Assembly: GCA_963662285.2 (NCBI GenBank)
Contig: CAXXMV010000008.1
Location: 64,001-128,000, forward strand
Length of the DNA: 64,000 nt
From: a bacterium
GTDB taxonomy: Bacteria; Hinthialibacterota; Hinthialibacteria; Hinthialibacterales; Hinthialibacteraceae
Reading direction: 5' to 3'
Shown here: positions 10,796 through 19,245 of the stretch, piece after piece
Numbering within the stretch: position 1 is the stretch's first letter
Layout: each line of letters opens with the position of its first letter
Made by a program: the position numbers and the translations under genes
Notes under the pieces: model-generated
Seen by the model: the letters and a program-made list of their open reading frames with translations, nothing else
The model's database searches: none
What the model was told of the DNA's origin: nothing

Positions 10796-10829
10796 GATAT
10801 CATTATACACACCAATACACACTTAGCAA
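10796..10829 (-). promoter_or_regulatory. sigma70-type promoter of hicAB with repeated GTGTGTAT candidate operator
   Basis: Minus strand reads TTGCTA-16nt-TATAAT-6nt-ATG. GTGTGTAT occurs twice across the spacer and -10. Confidence 0.6.
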
Positions 10830-10843
10830 GTCTATATTTCAAC

Positions 10844-10925
10844 CACGTAGGGTGGATCGCGTTTTTTGACCCACCGAATCGAATTAATTATTATCGGTGG
10901 GTCGGTAAAGCGTGACCCACCCTAC
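10844..10925. repeat. REP doublet (REPIN-like), right copy
   Basis: Direct repeat of 10108-10189 with 4 mismatches. Confidence 0.9.
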
Positions 10926-10929
10926 GTAA

Positions 10930-12270
10930 CTACAATTCCCACCCGGAACGGTAATGCGGCGTTAGATGAGCATTTGCTTTGGGGTTATTTTTGAACTGCA
11001 TCCCGGCTGCGTTCCACTCCAGTTTCTCTCCATCAAACACGGTAGCGATGACGCCCAGTAGAGCCATTTCGGTTAACGGGCCGCCGTATTCGAAAGTTGA
11101 ACTGGCAGGTTTGCCGTCTTTGCAGGCGCGAATCCAATCGTTGTGGTGTCCGTTTTTGATCCTTGGAATAATCTCGGCAGGTCTTTTATATTCATCACTG
11201 CGGGATTTAGGAAGAATCATGGCGCCGCCTCCGCCATGCGAGCCATGTAGGATCGTACCTTTTTCACCGATCAAAATGGCGCCCGCTTTGGCATTCCATT
11301 CACTCAATTCGATTCCTTGCAATTGGGGAAGATCAACTTTTTTACCATAGGTCCAGGTTACTTTGACCGGCGCCATATTTTCCCGCGCCGCAAATTGGTA
11401 TTCAATATCTGAACAAAGCGGAAACCGTTCGGGCGAATAGTCGCCGCAGCCGTTTTTGGCGATGATCGATTGAGGCGCCTGCAATTTCAGCGCCCAGAAA
11501 GTTGGATCGAGAATATGGCATACCCAATCGCCTAATACTCCGGTTCCGAAGTCAGCCCAACTGCGCCAGATGCCAGGCAGATAGCAGGGATTATAGGGGC
11601 GGTACGGCGCAGGTCCTAACCATAAATCCCAATCCAGCGTATCGGGAATCTTGGGCGTTTCGGTGGGACGGGGCTTACCGTTGCCATAAGGACTGGTGTA
11701 CCAGGCATGAACCTCTTTGACCTGACCGATAGCGCCATCCCATATCCATTCGCATATCTTGCGGATATCACCATCTGAATGCCCCTGGTTGCCCAGTTGA
11801 GTCTGCACCTTGTTTTCCCGCGCCGCTTTCATCAAAGCGCGGACTTCGTAGATGGTATGCGCCAGTGGCTTTTCGACGTAGACATGCTTGCCACGTTTGA
11901 TGGCGTTCATGGCGGCTACAGTGTGAAAGTGATCCGGCGTACTTACTATTACCGCGTCGATGTCTTTCTGTTTGTCGAGCATTACGCGGAAATCGTGATA
12001 CTTATTGGCTCGTTCATACTTTTGCAGCGACTTCTGCGCTCTATCTTGATCCACGTCGCACAAGGCCACGATATTTTGGTGATCCATTTTACTGAGGTTA
12101 TGCCCGCCGCGTCCCGCAATGCCAATTGCGGCGATATTCAATTTGTCGCTTGGCGCAGCTGAGGCGCCCCGGCCCAGAATTTCCGGACCAACTATCATAA
12201 AAGCGGATGACGCCAGCGCAGTTCGTTTTACAAAATCACGCCGGGTTACTTGCTGTTTCGTTTTTAACAT
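10930..12270 (-). CDS. Tat-exported Gfo/Idh/MocA oxidoreductase
   Basis: TRRDFVK, Rossmann IGIAGRG, TPDH.H, VEKPLAH and WDLWLGPAP motifs. Confidence 0.92.
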   Translation of the reverse strand: MLKTKQQVTRRDFVKRTALASSAFMIVGPEILGRGASAAPSDKLNIAAIGIAGRGGHNLSKMDHQNIVALCDVDQDRAQKSLQKYERANKYHDFRVMLDKQKDIDAVIVSTPDHFHTVAAMNAIKRGKHVYVEKPLAHTIYEVRALMKAARENKVQTQLGNQGHSDGDIRKICEWIWDGAIGQVKEVHAWYTSPYGNGKPRPTETPKIPDTLDWDLWLGPAPYRPYNPCYLPGIWRSWADFGTGVLGDWVCHILDPTFWALKLQAPQSIIAKNGCGDYSPERFPLCSDIEYQFAARENMAPVKVTWTYGKKVDLPQLQGIELSEWNAKAGAILIGEKGTILHGSHGGGGAMILPKSRSDEYKRPAEIIPRIKNGHHNDWIRACKDGKPASSTFEYGGPLTEMALLGVIATVFDGEKLEWNAAGMQFKNNPKANAHLTPHYRSGWEL

Positions 12271-12296
12271 TTCATTGCTCCTATTATGATGTACTA

Positions 12297-13778
12297 TTAG
12301 AAATATTTCTTAATAATCCAATCGGGCTGCCATTTATCCGGCTTACGTTCATGTCCGGTCAGGTCTATCTCTTTTTTATCTGGATTAGCGACGCCGAGAG
12401 GCAAGTCATCGCCGGATTCCTTCTGCCATTTCTTAAGCAGATTCATCATCTTTTCTACTTGCGCCGCATATTCGGGTTCATTGGCCAGGTTATACAATTC
12501 GTAAGGGTCATCTTTCAGATTGAATAACTGGGTATGGTTGATTCTAGGATAACGAATCAGTTTCCACTGATCGTCTCGGACTGCCCGTTGAATTTTGCAG
12601 TAAGAAGTAAAGACGGTATCGCGCACTTTTTTCTGCTTGCCTTGCCAAATTTGACTCAAATTCTTGCCATCAACATCACTTGGCGTATCAACTCCGGTCA
12701 TGGAGCATAAAGTCGGGAAGATATCCAGCAGATAAGAGAAAGCCTGAGTCGAGCCGCCTTTGGGGATGCCAGGGCCGGAAAATATCAGCGGACATCCCAT
12801 GCTGTGTTCATAGACATTCTGCTTGCCTAGAAGACCGTGGCTGCCGACCGCCAGACCATGATCGGCGGCGTAGACGATGATGGTGTTATCAGCCTGACCA
12901 GTGCGTTTCAGAGCGTCGAGTACGCGCCCGATCTGCACGTCCAAATGAGTAATCAGTCCGTAATACTCGGCCAACTGGTCGCGGATCATCTCTTCGGTGC
13001 GCGGCCAGGCGCCCAGGTTTTCGTCGCGCAATACCATCTGACCATTATCGAATGGATGCTGAGGCTTAAAATTAAAGGGCAGCGGGGGACGTTTTTTGTA
13101 ATACATCTCACGGTAATCCGTGGGTGGGTTGCGTGGATCATGGGGAGCGGTAAAAGCAACATAGGCGTAGAAAGGTTTTTCATTATCATGATTCTCGATA
13201 AACTCGATGGCCGAGTTGGCGAAGATTTCGCTGGAATAGCCATCGCCCGTGCGTTTGTTCACCACTTTTCCATCAGGAGAAAGGTCTACTACCGGAACTC
13301 TGGGATGATCCGACATCCCGCCGAACATGATAGTCTTACCTTTTTGGAAACCGCGCTTAAACGATTCCTGCTGATTATGCCATTTCCCGGTTCCAAAGGT
13401 GGTATACCCGTTCTCTTGGAAAATCTCCGGCATTATTCTGGTATCAGATAAATCATGCTTAATATTGAAATAGATTTTACCGCTGTTAATCATGGCCCGG
13501 CTGGGGATGCAAACCGCACCGCTATTTGAACCGAAGCAATAATTTCTGCGGAAACAGAATCCATTTTCAACCAGGCCATCAATATTGGGAGTATGAATAT
13601 AAGGATTGCCAAAAGCGCCGATTGAATCAGGCCGCTGATCATCCGCTAACAGAAAGAGAACATTCGGTCTCTTCTGTGATTTTGTCCTGGCAAAAGCCTG
13701 GCCGGGCAAGGCGGCGGCGCCAGCGCCCAGCGCGCATGTCTGTAGAAACCCCCGTCTTGAAACATTGTTTCGATTCAT
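12297..13778 (-). CDS. Tat-exported Cys-type sulfatase
   Basis: SRRGFL, PNVLFLLADD, CIPSRA, GKWH, DHG and GKQN motifs. Confidence 0.93.
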   Translation of the reverse strand: MNRNNVSRRGFLQTCALGAGAAALPGQAFARTKSQKRPNVLFLLADDQRPDSIGAFGNPYIHTPNIDGLVENGFCFRRNYCFGSNSGAVCIPSRAMINSGKIYFNIKHDLSDTRIMPEIFQENGYTTFGTGKWHNQQESFKRGFQKGKTIMFGGMSDHPRVPVVDLSPDGKVVNKRTGDGYSSEIFANSAIEFIENHDNEKPFYAYVAFTAPHDPRNPPTDYREMYYKKRPPLPFNFKPQHPFDNGQMVLRDENLGAWPRTEEMIRDQLAEYYGLITHLDVQIGRVLDALKRTGQADNTIIVYAADHGLAVGSHGLLGKQNVYEHSMGCPLIFSGPGIPKGGSTQAFSYLLDIFPTLCSMTGVDTPSDVDGKNLSQIWQGKQKKVRDTVFTSYCKIQRAVRDDQWKLIRYPRINHTQLFNLKDDPYELYNLANEPEYAAQVEKMMNLLKKWQKESGDDLPLGVANPDKKEIDLTGHERKPDKWQPDWIIKKYF

Positions 13779-14000
13779 AATAAAATCCCCTTATCCATAA
13801 TCGTGCTTTTTATAAAGGTTAAATCAAATAATTCTTATCCGATAGGGTAAAGGTAGGTGTGTTTATGGATCGTAAAGTATCAAAGCATTATACGATACAG
13901 AAATCATCTATTCGATTCTTTAGAATCATCTATTTAATCCCAGCAAGATCCGGGTTGCGGGGAGATATTTACTATCATCAAGAAAATATTAAAATTTTAC

Positions 14001-14051
14001 TTGCATTTTTTCTTATATTAGAATATACTTATATAAGCAATATGATATATA
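14001..14051 (+). promoter_or_regulatory. sigma70 promoter with overlapping AT-rich palindrome (candidate ArsR operator)
   Basis: TTGCAT (14001)-17nt-TATACT (14024), overlapped by the palindrome CTTATATAAG and the imperfect repeat TATAT..ATATA. Confidence 0.6.
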
Positions 14052-14082
14052 CTAAACGCCGCAAGAAATAAGGAGAATTGAA

Positions 14083-14283
14083 ATGTTAGATACAACGAAG
14101 GAAAAAATCGATTCTCAGGAACCTCTGGAACCTCACAAGCCAGCTCGACCGATGATGGTGGTAATGGACGATAAGGGAGAACGATGGTTGTGCGACAGCG
14201 ACCGCAGTATCAATCCCAAAAGTGATCTATCCAAGCAAGGATGTTGGAATTGCGGAGAATTGGCTTTCACCCGAAACGATTGA
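14083..14283 (+). CDS. small Cys-containing hypothetical protein (66 aa)
   Basis: SD AAGGAG. Contains WLCD and GCWNC (CxxC). Confidence 0.7.
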   Translation: MLDTTKEKIDSQEPLEPHKPARPMMVVMDDKGERWLCDSDRSINPKSDLSKQGCWNCGELAFTRND

Positions 14284-14374
14284 TGATGTGAGTAAGTGTT
14301 TGATTCAAAAGGATATCACACAACCAAATAAGTTGTGATATCAGACAATGAACGTTGCTTGAAGGAGAATTATC

Positions 14375-14539
14375 ATGAAAAAAATTACTATGACTCTAAT
14401 CTGTCTATCATTTGTTGTGGCTCTTGTAACCAGTTGCGCATCTACAGGAACAGGGCATAAAACAGCGAGGCTTTTGCAAATGGATCAAGGATCCAGAGTT
14501 CAAAGTATGGAAATTACCACCGAATCAATGATATACTGA
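14375..14539 (+). CDS. small lipoprotein (54 aa, below ORF-track cutoff)
   Basis: SD GAAGGAG. MKKITMTLICLSFVVALVTSC has a basic N-terminus, hydrophobic core and lipobox-like VTSC. TGA at 14537-14539. Confidence 0.6.
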   Translation: MKKITMTLICLSFVVALVTSCASTGTGHKTARLLQMDQGSRVQSMEITTESMIY

Positions 14540-14631
14540 AATGACGCATCAATGTATATTCTCAAATAGGTTTTACCGGTTTTCTGTTGTCATCGCTGCG
14601 TTTTCTTGTAGAATTTGTGCCAATTATAGAC

Positions 14632-14671
14632 TTGAAAGATAATCTACTTTTGGAAGTAGATTATCTTTCAA
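14632..14671. other. perfect 18-bp inverted repeat (hairpin or operator)
   Basis: ttgaaagataatctactt-ttgg-aagtagattatctttcaa. Confidence 0.85.
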
Positions 14672-14747
14672 TGTCGTAAATTGAAATTGGACATTTGTTT
14701 GTATACAGTTTTCACGAACATATTTTCTTTACAAATTAGGATGAATT

Positions 14748-15113
14748 ATGAAATCAATAATCGAACATCCGGATTGGGAAGTCATGGCGTCCGTGCTGCG
14801 TTCCATCAGCCATCCCATTCGCCTCATGATTTTGAACGAATTGGCGCAAGGCGCGAAATGCGTGCGCGACGTGCAAGAACTATTTGATATTTCTCAGCCA
14901 AATCTCTCGCAGCATTTGAACGCCTTAAAGAACGCCGGTTTAATCGGAAATCACTCGGACGGTTCTTTGAGGTGTTATTACCTGATCCGGCCCACGTTGG
15001 TTAAGACACTGTTGGAAGAATTTTCTAAACCCCATCCTGTTGAATTGAGGCCTAAAGAGACCGTTGTAAAGGAAGTACAGCAGAACCAAAAGAAAAAAGT
15101 TCTTTCCGCTTAA
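14748..15113 (+). CDS. ArsR/SmtB family transcriptional regulator
   Basis: SHPIRLMIL, KCVRD, SQPNLSQHL..LKNAGLI and RCYYL motifs. Confidence 0.92.
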   Translation: MKSIIEHPDWEVMASVLRSISHPIRLMILNELAQGAKCVRDVQELFDISQPNLSQHLNALKNAGLIGNHSDGSLRCYYLIRPTLVKTLLEEFSKPHPVELRPKETVVKEVQQNQKKKVLSA

Positions 15114-15141
15114 GATCACTATCTCTACAGAGGATAAAACC

Positions 15142-16062
15142 ATGAAACGCCGAACCATACTCAGCGTCGTAGGCGCCCTATTGCTTGGATCCAGAAAAGC
15201 CAAGGCGAACAAAGAAAAGAATGACTGTGAAAAAATCGATGAATACGGTTGCCTGGTGGATACAACTCTCTGCATCGGTTGTCGGGAATGCGAGAAAGCA
15301 TGCAATCTTTCGAATGAACTGACTCCTCAAACGACGGAGTTTTCAGATACCTCTGTTTTTGAAGCGCAGCGCAGACCAGACGCCAACCATTTTACAGTGG
15401 TCAACCGCCATTCCGGTTCACCGTCACCTTCACAGGGAAAACTCGCGGAGACCTTTATCAAGGTGCAATGCATGCATTGTCAGGAACCCGCCTGCGTGTC
15501 TGCTTGCATAGTCGGCGCATTACAAAAAACGTCACAAGGATCGGTGATATACGATGCGGACCGATGCATTGGGTGCCGTTATTGCATGGTAGCCTGTCCC
15601 TTTCAGATACCAGCCTACGAATATGACGATCCGATTGCTCCTCGCGTACGGAAATGCAATTTCTGTTTCGAGAGAGTTCAAGAAGGAGGAAAGCCCGCAT
15701 GTGTGGAAGCCTGTCCGAGAGAGGCGATTATCTTTGGCAAGCGCAGCGATTTGATCGCTCTTGCCAAAAAAAAGATTCGAGCCAAACCGGGTCGATATCT
15801 CGAACACATTTATGGAGAAAAAGAGGTAGGCGGGACATCGTGGTTATATCTGACCGGTCGTCCACCGGAAAAACTGGGGATGCCGGTATTTGATGAAAAA
15901 GCGCCCCCTCAATTAACCGAAAGCATCCAGCATGGAATATTCAAATACGGTTTGCCTCCGGTGGCTCTGTATGGATTTTTGGGAGGGATCATGTGGTTTA
16001 CCAATCGAAAGAATCACGCCGCGAACGAAGACGGCAACGCCCCATCGGAGGGACAAGAATGA
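15142..16062 (+). CDS. HybA/HmcB/PsrB-like 4x[4Fe-4S] ferredoxin subunit, Tat signal, C-terminal membrane anchor
   Basis: KRRTIL. Four Cys groups (CIGCRECEKAC, CMHCQEPACVSAC, CIGCRYCMVAC, CNFC..PACVEAC). IYGEKEVGGTSWLYL as in HybA. Confidence 0.92.
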   Translation: MKRRTILSVVGALLLGSRKAKANKEKNDCEKIDEYGCLVDTTLCIGCRECEKACNLSNELTPQTTEFSDTSVFEAQRRPDANHFTVVNRHSGSPSPSQGKLAETFIKVQCMHCQEPACVSACIVGALQKTSQGSVIYDADRCIGCRYCMVACPFQIPAYEYDDPIAPRVRKCNFCFERVQEGGKPACVEACPREAIIFGKRSDLIALAKKKIRAKPGRYLEHIYGEKEVGGTSWLYLTGRPPEKLGMPVFDEKAPPQLTESIQHGIFKYGLPPVALYGFLGGIMWFTNRKNHAANEDGNAPSEGQE

Positions 16063-19000
16063 ACGATGCATCTCTGCACGCACCTTTGAAACGCCCATTT
16101 TTCACTCCCGGAGTGTTAGTATTAATCACACTCATGACCATAGGAGCATGCTTCGCAGCAGCACGATTCTTCTTTGGATTAGGAGCGATAACCAACTTGG
16201 ATAACCAACATCCCTGGGGCATTTGGATCGCGATCGACGTAGCATCCGGCGTTGCGCTAGCGGCGGGAGGCTTCACGACAGCGGCTTTGGTCTACGTATT
16301 CAACCACAAGCACTTTCATCAGATCGTCCGTCCCGCTCTCTTGACAGCTTTTTTAGGTTATCTCTTCGTATCGATCGGTTTGATGGCAGACCTGGGAAAG
16401 TATTACAACATTTGGCATCCCATGGTTTTCTGGCAAGGCAACTCAGTGCTGTTTGAAGTTGGCATTTGCGTAATGACCTATTTAACCGTCTTATCGATTG
16501 AATTCTTACCGACTGTGTTGGAAAGTGTTCGCCATCACATTAATCAGGGAAGTGCTTTGAAGCCATTTTTAGAATCGATGAAAAAGCCCGCCGACGTTCT
16601 ACATCAGAAATTGGAAAAAGTAATGCCTGCTTTTATACTGGCGGGTGTAGTACTATCATGCATGCATCAGTCGTCCCTTGGCGCCCTAATGTTAATCGCG
16701 CCGTCCAAACTCAATCCATTATGGTTTACACCCATCCTTCCTCTTCTATTTTTAACATCAGCGGTGATGGTGGGATTTCCCATGGTAATTTTCGAATCCC
16801 TTATTGCATCTCGTTCATTTCGCCGTAAACCTGAAATGGATGTTCTTTCTCCCCTCGCCCGTTTCATTCCATATTTATTGGGGATCTATTTGATTTTGAA
16901 AATGGGCGATCTGCTCATTCGTCAACCATGGTCATCCTTGCGTCTCGATACGGATAGCGTATCTTTTATTGTTGAGATCGTTATAGGCGTCGCAGTTCCC
17001 CTGATTCTATTAGTCATTTCCAAAACATACAAATCAACCACAGGACTCTTCGTTGCGTCGTCATTGATTTTATTCGGCGTGGTTCTCAATCGCATCAACG
17101 TCTTTCTTGTGGGCTACAATCCCCCTTATGCGGAAAAATCGTATTTCCCTTCAATAGGTGAAATCGTAATTACGGCTGGATTGATTTCAGCTATTCTCTT
17201 CTTTTACCGGTTATTCGTTACCTTGTTCCCCGTACTTCCAGCGAATCAACCTTCCAGCGCAGGTTCAAATAAAACGGATCCTTCGAAAAAACAGCGAGCG
17301 GGCGTCTTCTCATCAAATACAAAAAGCATAGCACTTTCCACATTCTTGCTAGCTCTTCTTCACTCCCTCCCGCTCTCTGTTTTTTCCGATTCCATAGAAA
17401 AAATAGATTCCATGCCCTCGCTATTGATCCTTGACCATTCATCAAACGAATGGAATGAAGATAGTTATGGAACCGTTCGGTTCATGCATAAAAAACACGC
17501 AGTTCTGGAGAGCGGAGACTGTACGGTTTGCCATCACCGTGCGCCGGTATCAGTAAATGACTACGTTGGACAATCCATCTCTCGCAACGATCTCTCCCAC
17601 ATCGAACCAGTCGCGTGCCGAACTTGTCATTCATCTCCCGCTCAACCAGACGCGATCTTACGCCCCGGACTAAAAGGCGCATTGCATCAACGATGCATCG
17701 ACTGTCACGTCGAGAGAGATTCGGGACCGCAGACGTGTATGTCCTGTCACCGGCGCAACGTTCCCAACCACCAATCCCTTATTTCACTTACGGACGCAAC
17801 GAAGCCCCAAGAGATCACTGCTCAGTGCCTTTCGTGTCATCCGGCTGTCGGCGAATCGGTCTTGCATTCCGCTCATTGGAAATGGGCCGGACTTTCTCCC
17901 AATACGCACGGGCATGAACATCGAAACGATCTAGGGAAAAAACAGGTCATTAACAATTACTGCATTCACGTAGGTTCGAACCTGGAACGCTGCACGATGT
18001 GTCACATCGGGTACGGCTGGAAAGACGACTCGTTCGATTTCAGCGATGCGGGAAATATCGACTGCTTAATTTGTCACGATACGACAGGAATGTATAAAAA
18101 AGCGCCTCCCGGAGCCGGTTATCCCGTGGAAGGAATCGATTTGAACACTGTCGCCAAGAACGTCGGCCATCCCGATAGGGATAATTGCGGCGCATGCCAT
18201 TTTTACGGCGGGGGCGGCGACGGCGTCAAGCATGGCGACATGGATTCTTCGTTAAGCCATCCGTCACCCGAATTAGACGTTCACATGGGAAAACTAGGAT
18301 TTCTCTGTCAGGACTGTCATGTGACGGAAAGCCATCAGATCGCTGGCGCCTGCCAGGCAATACCGGCGCAGGAGGGTCGGGTTTCTTGCGAGAATTGCCA
18401 CACGTCTAAACCACACAATGGTTCGAATTGGTTAAATCAGCACTTAAACGATCATTCGGAATCGTTAGCCTGCCAAACCTGCCATATCCCCCAATTCGCC
18501 CGAGGAAATCCCACCAAGATGGAATGGGATTGGTCGCAAGCCGGACAGGATAGACCGGAAGAAAACGATTCGCTTGGGAAACCTGGTTTTGCGAAGATGA
18601 AAGGTTCTTTTATTTGGGGAAAAAACGTATCCCCTTCCTATATCTGGGATAACGGTAAAAACGAACGATACGTATTAGGTGATCGAATTGCGGAAAATAG
18701 TATTACGGTATTGAATCGGCCCCTTGGCGATATCAGTGATCCCAAGGCCAGGATCGCGCCTTTCAAGATTCACAAAGCCACGCAAATCAGCGACGCTGTT
18801 CACAAATACCTTATTGTTCCCAATCTATGGAAAGGCTATTGGAAACACTACGATTGGGATCAGGCGTCTAAAGACGGCATGAAAAGCGTTGGTTTGGAAT
18901 ACTCTGGCAAATATGAGTTCGTACAGACGTCTATGTACTGGAAAATCAACCACCAAGTTGCGCCGAAGGAAAAAGCCCTATCCTGCTATCAGTGTCACGA

Positions 19001-19229
19001 ATCGTCTTCAACCTGCTTTTCCTGCCATAATTCATTATCGAATGAGCGCAAAGAACAAATGCTCAAAGTAGACGACGAACTTCATCTGAACGCGCAACAG
19101 ATGATAGAATTTCCCTTTGAGAAGTTAGGCTACAAGGGCGATCCCATTCATTCCTGTTCCAGGTCCAAGAAATTTGAAAAAGAACCAATATCCTTGCAGT
19201 TACTTGATAAAAGCGGCTGGGAAGAATAA
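16059..19229 (+). CDS. fusion: NrfD/HybB membrane subunit + class III tetraheme cytochrome c + OTR-like octaheme cytochrome (13 CxxCH)
   Basis: ATGA overlap with the upstream gene. NrfD motifs PWGIWIAIDV, ALAAGGF, DLG, SVLFEV and MHQSSLG. c3 motifs F.HKKH, CTVCHH and LKGALHQRCIDCH. OTR motifs GK..INNYC, CHIGYG, CHFYGGGGDGVKHGD and CQTCHIP. Confidence 0.88.
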   Translation: MNDASLHAPLKRPFFTPGVLVLITLMTIGACFAAARFFFGLGAITNLDNQHPWGIWIAIDVASGVALAAGGFTTAALVYVFNHKHFHQIVRPALLTAFLGYLFVSIGLMADLGKYYNIWHPMVFWQGNSVLFEVGICVMTYLTVLSIEFLPTVLESVRHHINQGSALKPFLESMKKPADVLHQKLEKVMPAFILAGVVLSCMHQSSLGALMLIAPSKLNPLWFTPILPLLFLTSAVMVGFPMVIFESLIASRSFRRKPEMDVLSPLARFIPYLLGIYLILKMGDLLIRQPWSSLRLDTDSVSFIVEIVIGVAVPLILLVISKTYKSTTGLFVASSLILFGVVLNRINVFLVGYNPPYAEKSYFPSIGEIVITAGLISAILFFYRLFVTLFPVLPANQPSSAGSNKTDPSKKQRAGVFSSNTKSIALSTFLLALLHSLPLSVFSDSIEKIDSMPSLLILDHSSNEWNEDSYGTVRFMHKKHAVLESGDCTVCHHRAPVSVNDYVGQSISRNDLSHIEPVACRTCHSSPAQPDAILRPGLKGALHQRCIDCHVERDSGPQTCMSCHRRNVPNHQSLISLTDATKPQEITAQCLSCHPAVGESVLHSAHWKWAGLSPNTHGHEHRNDLGKKQVINNYCIHVGSNLERCTMCHIGYGWKDDSFDFSDAGNIDCLICHDTTGMYKKAPPGAGYPVEGIDLNTVAKNVGHPDRDNCGACHFYGGGGDGVKHGDMDSSLSHPSPELDVHMGKLGFLCQDCHVTESHQIAGACQAIPAQEGRVSCENCHTSKPHNGSNWLNQHLNDHSESLACQTCHIPQFARGNPTKMEWDWSQAGQDRPEENDSLGKPGFAKMKGSFIWGKNVSPSYIWDNGKNERYVLGDRIAENSITVLNRPLGDISDPKARIAPFKIHKATQISDAVHKYLIVPNLWKGYWKHYDWDQASKDGMKSVGLEYSGKYEFVQTSMYWKINHQVAPKEKALSCYQCHESSSTCFSCHNSLSNERKEQMLKVDDELHLNAQQMIEFPFEKLGYKGDPIHSCSRSKKFEKEPISLQLLDKSGWEE

Positions 19230-19245
19230 GAAAGGTTTATCAATC

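Noticed and set aside
10108-10925. Integron attC sites or a CRISPR array
   Set aside because: The repeats have GTAG/CTAC ends rather than RYYYAAC/GTTRRRY boxes. There are only two 82-bp copies 736 bp apart, and no intI or cas genes.
15993-16058. Longer N-terminus for the fusion protein given by the ORF track
   Set aside because: ATG 16059 has an SD (GGAGG) and an ATGA overlap with the upstream stop. The extension overlaps the Fe-S gene.
15142-17240. Hydrogenase-2 operon (hybAB)
   Set aside because: HybA/HybB-like motifs are present, but there are no NiFe large/small subunits or maturases in the window. The attached catalyst is a multiheme cytochrome.
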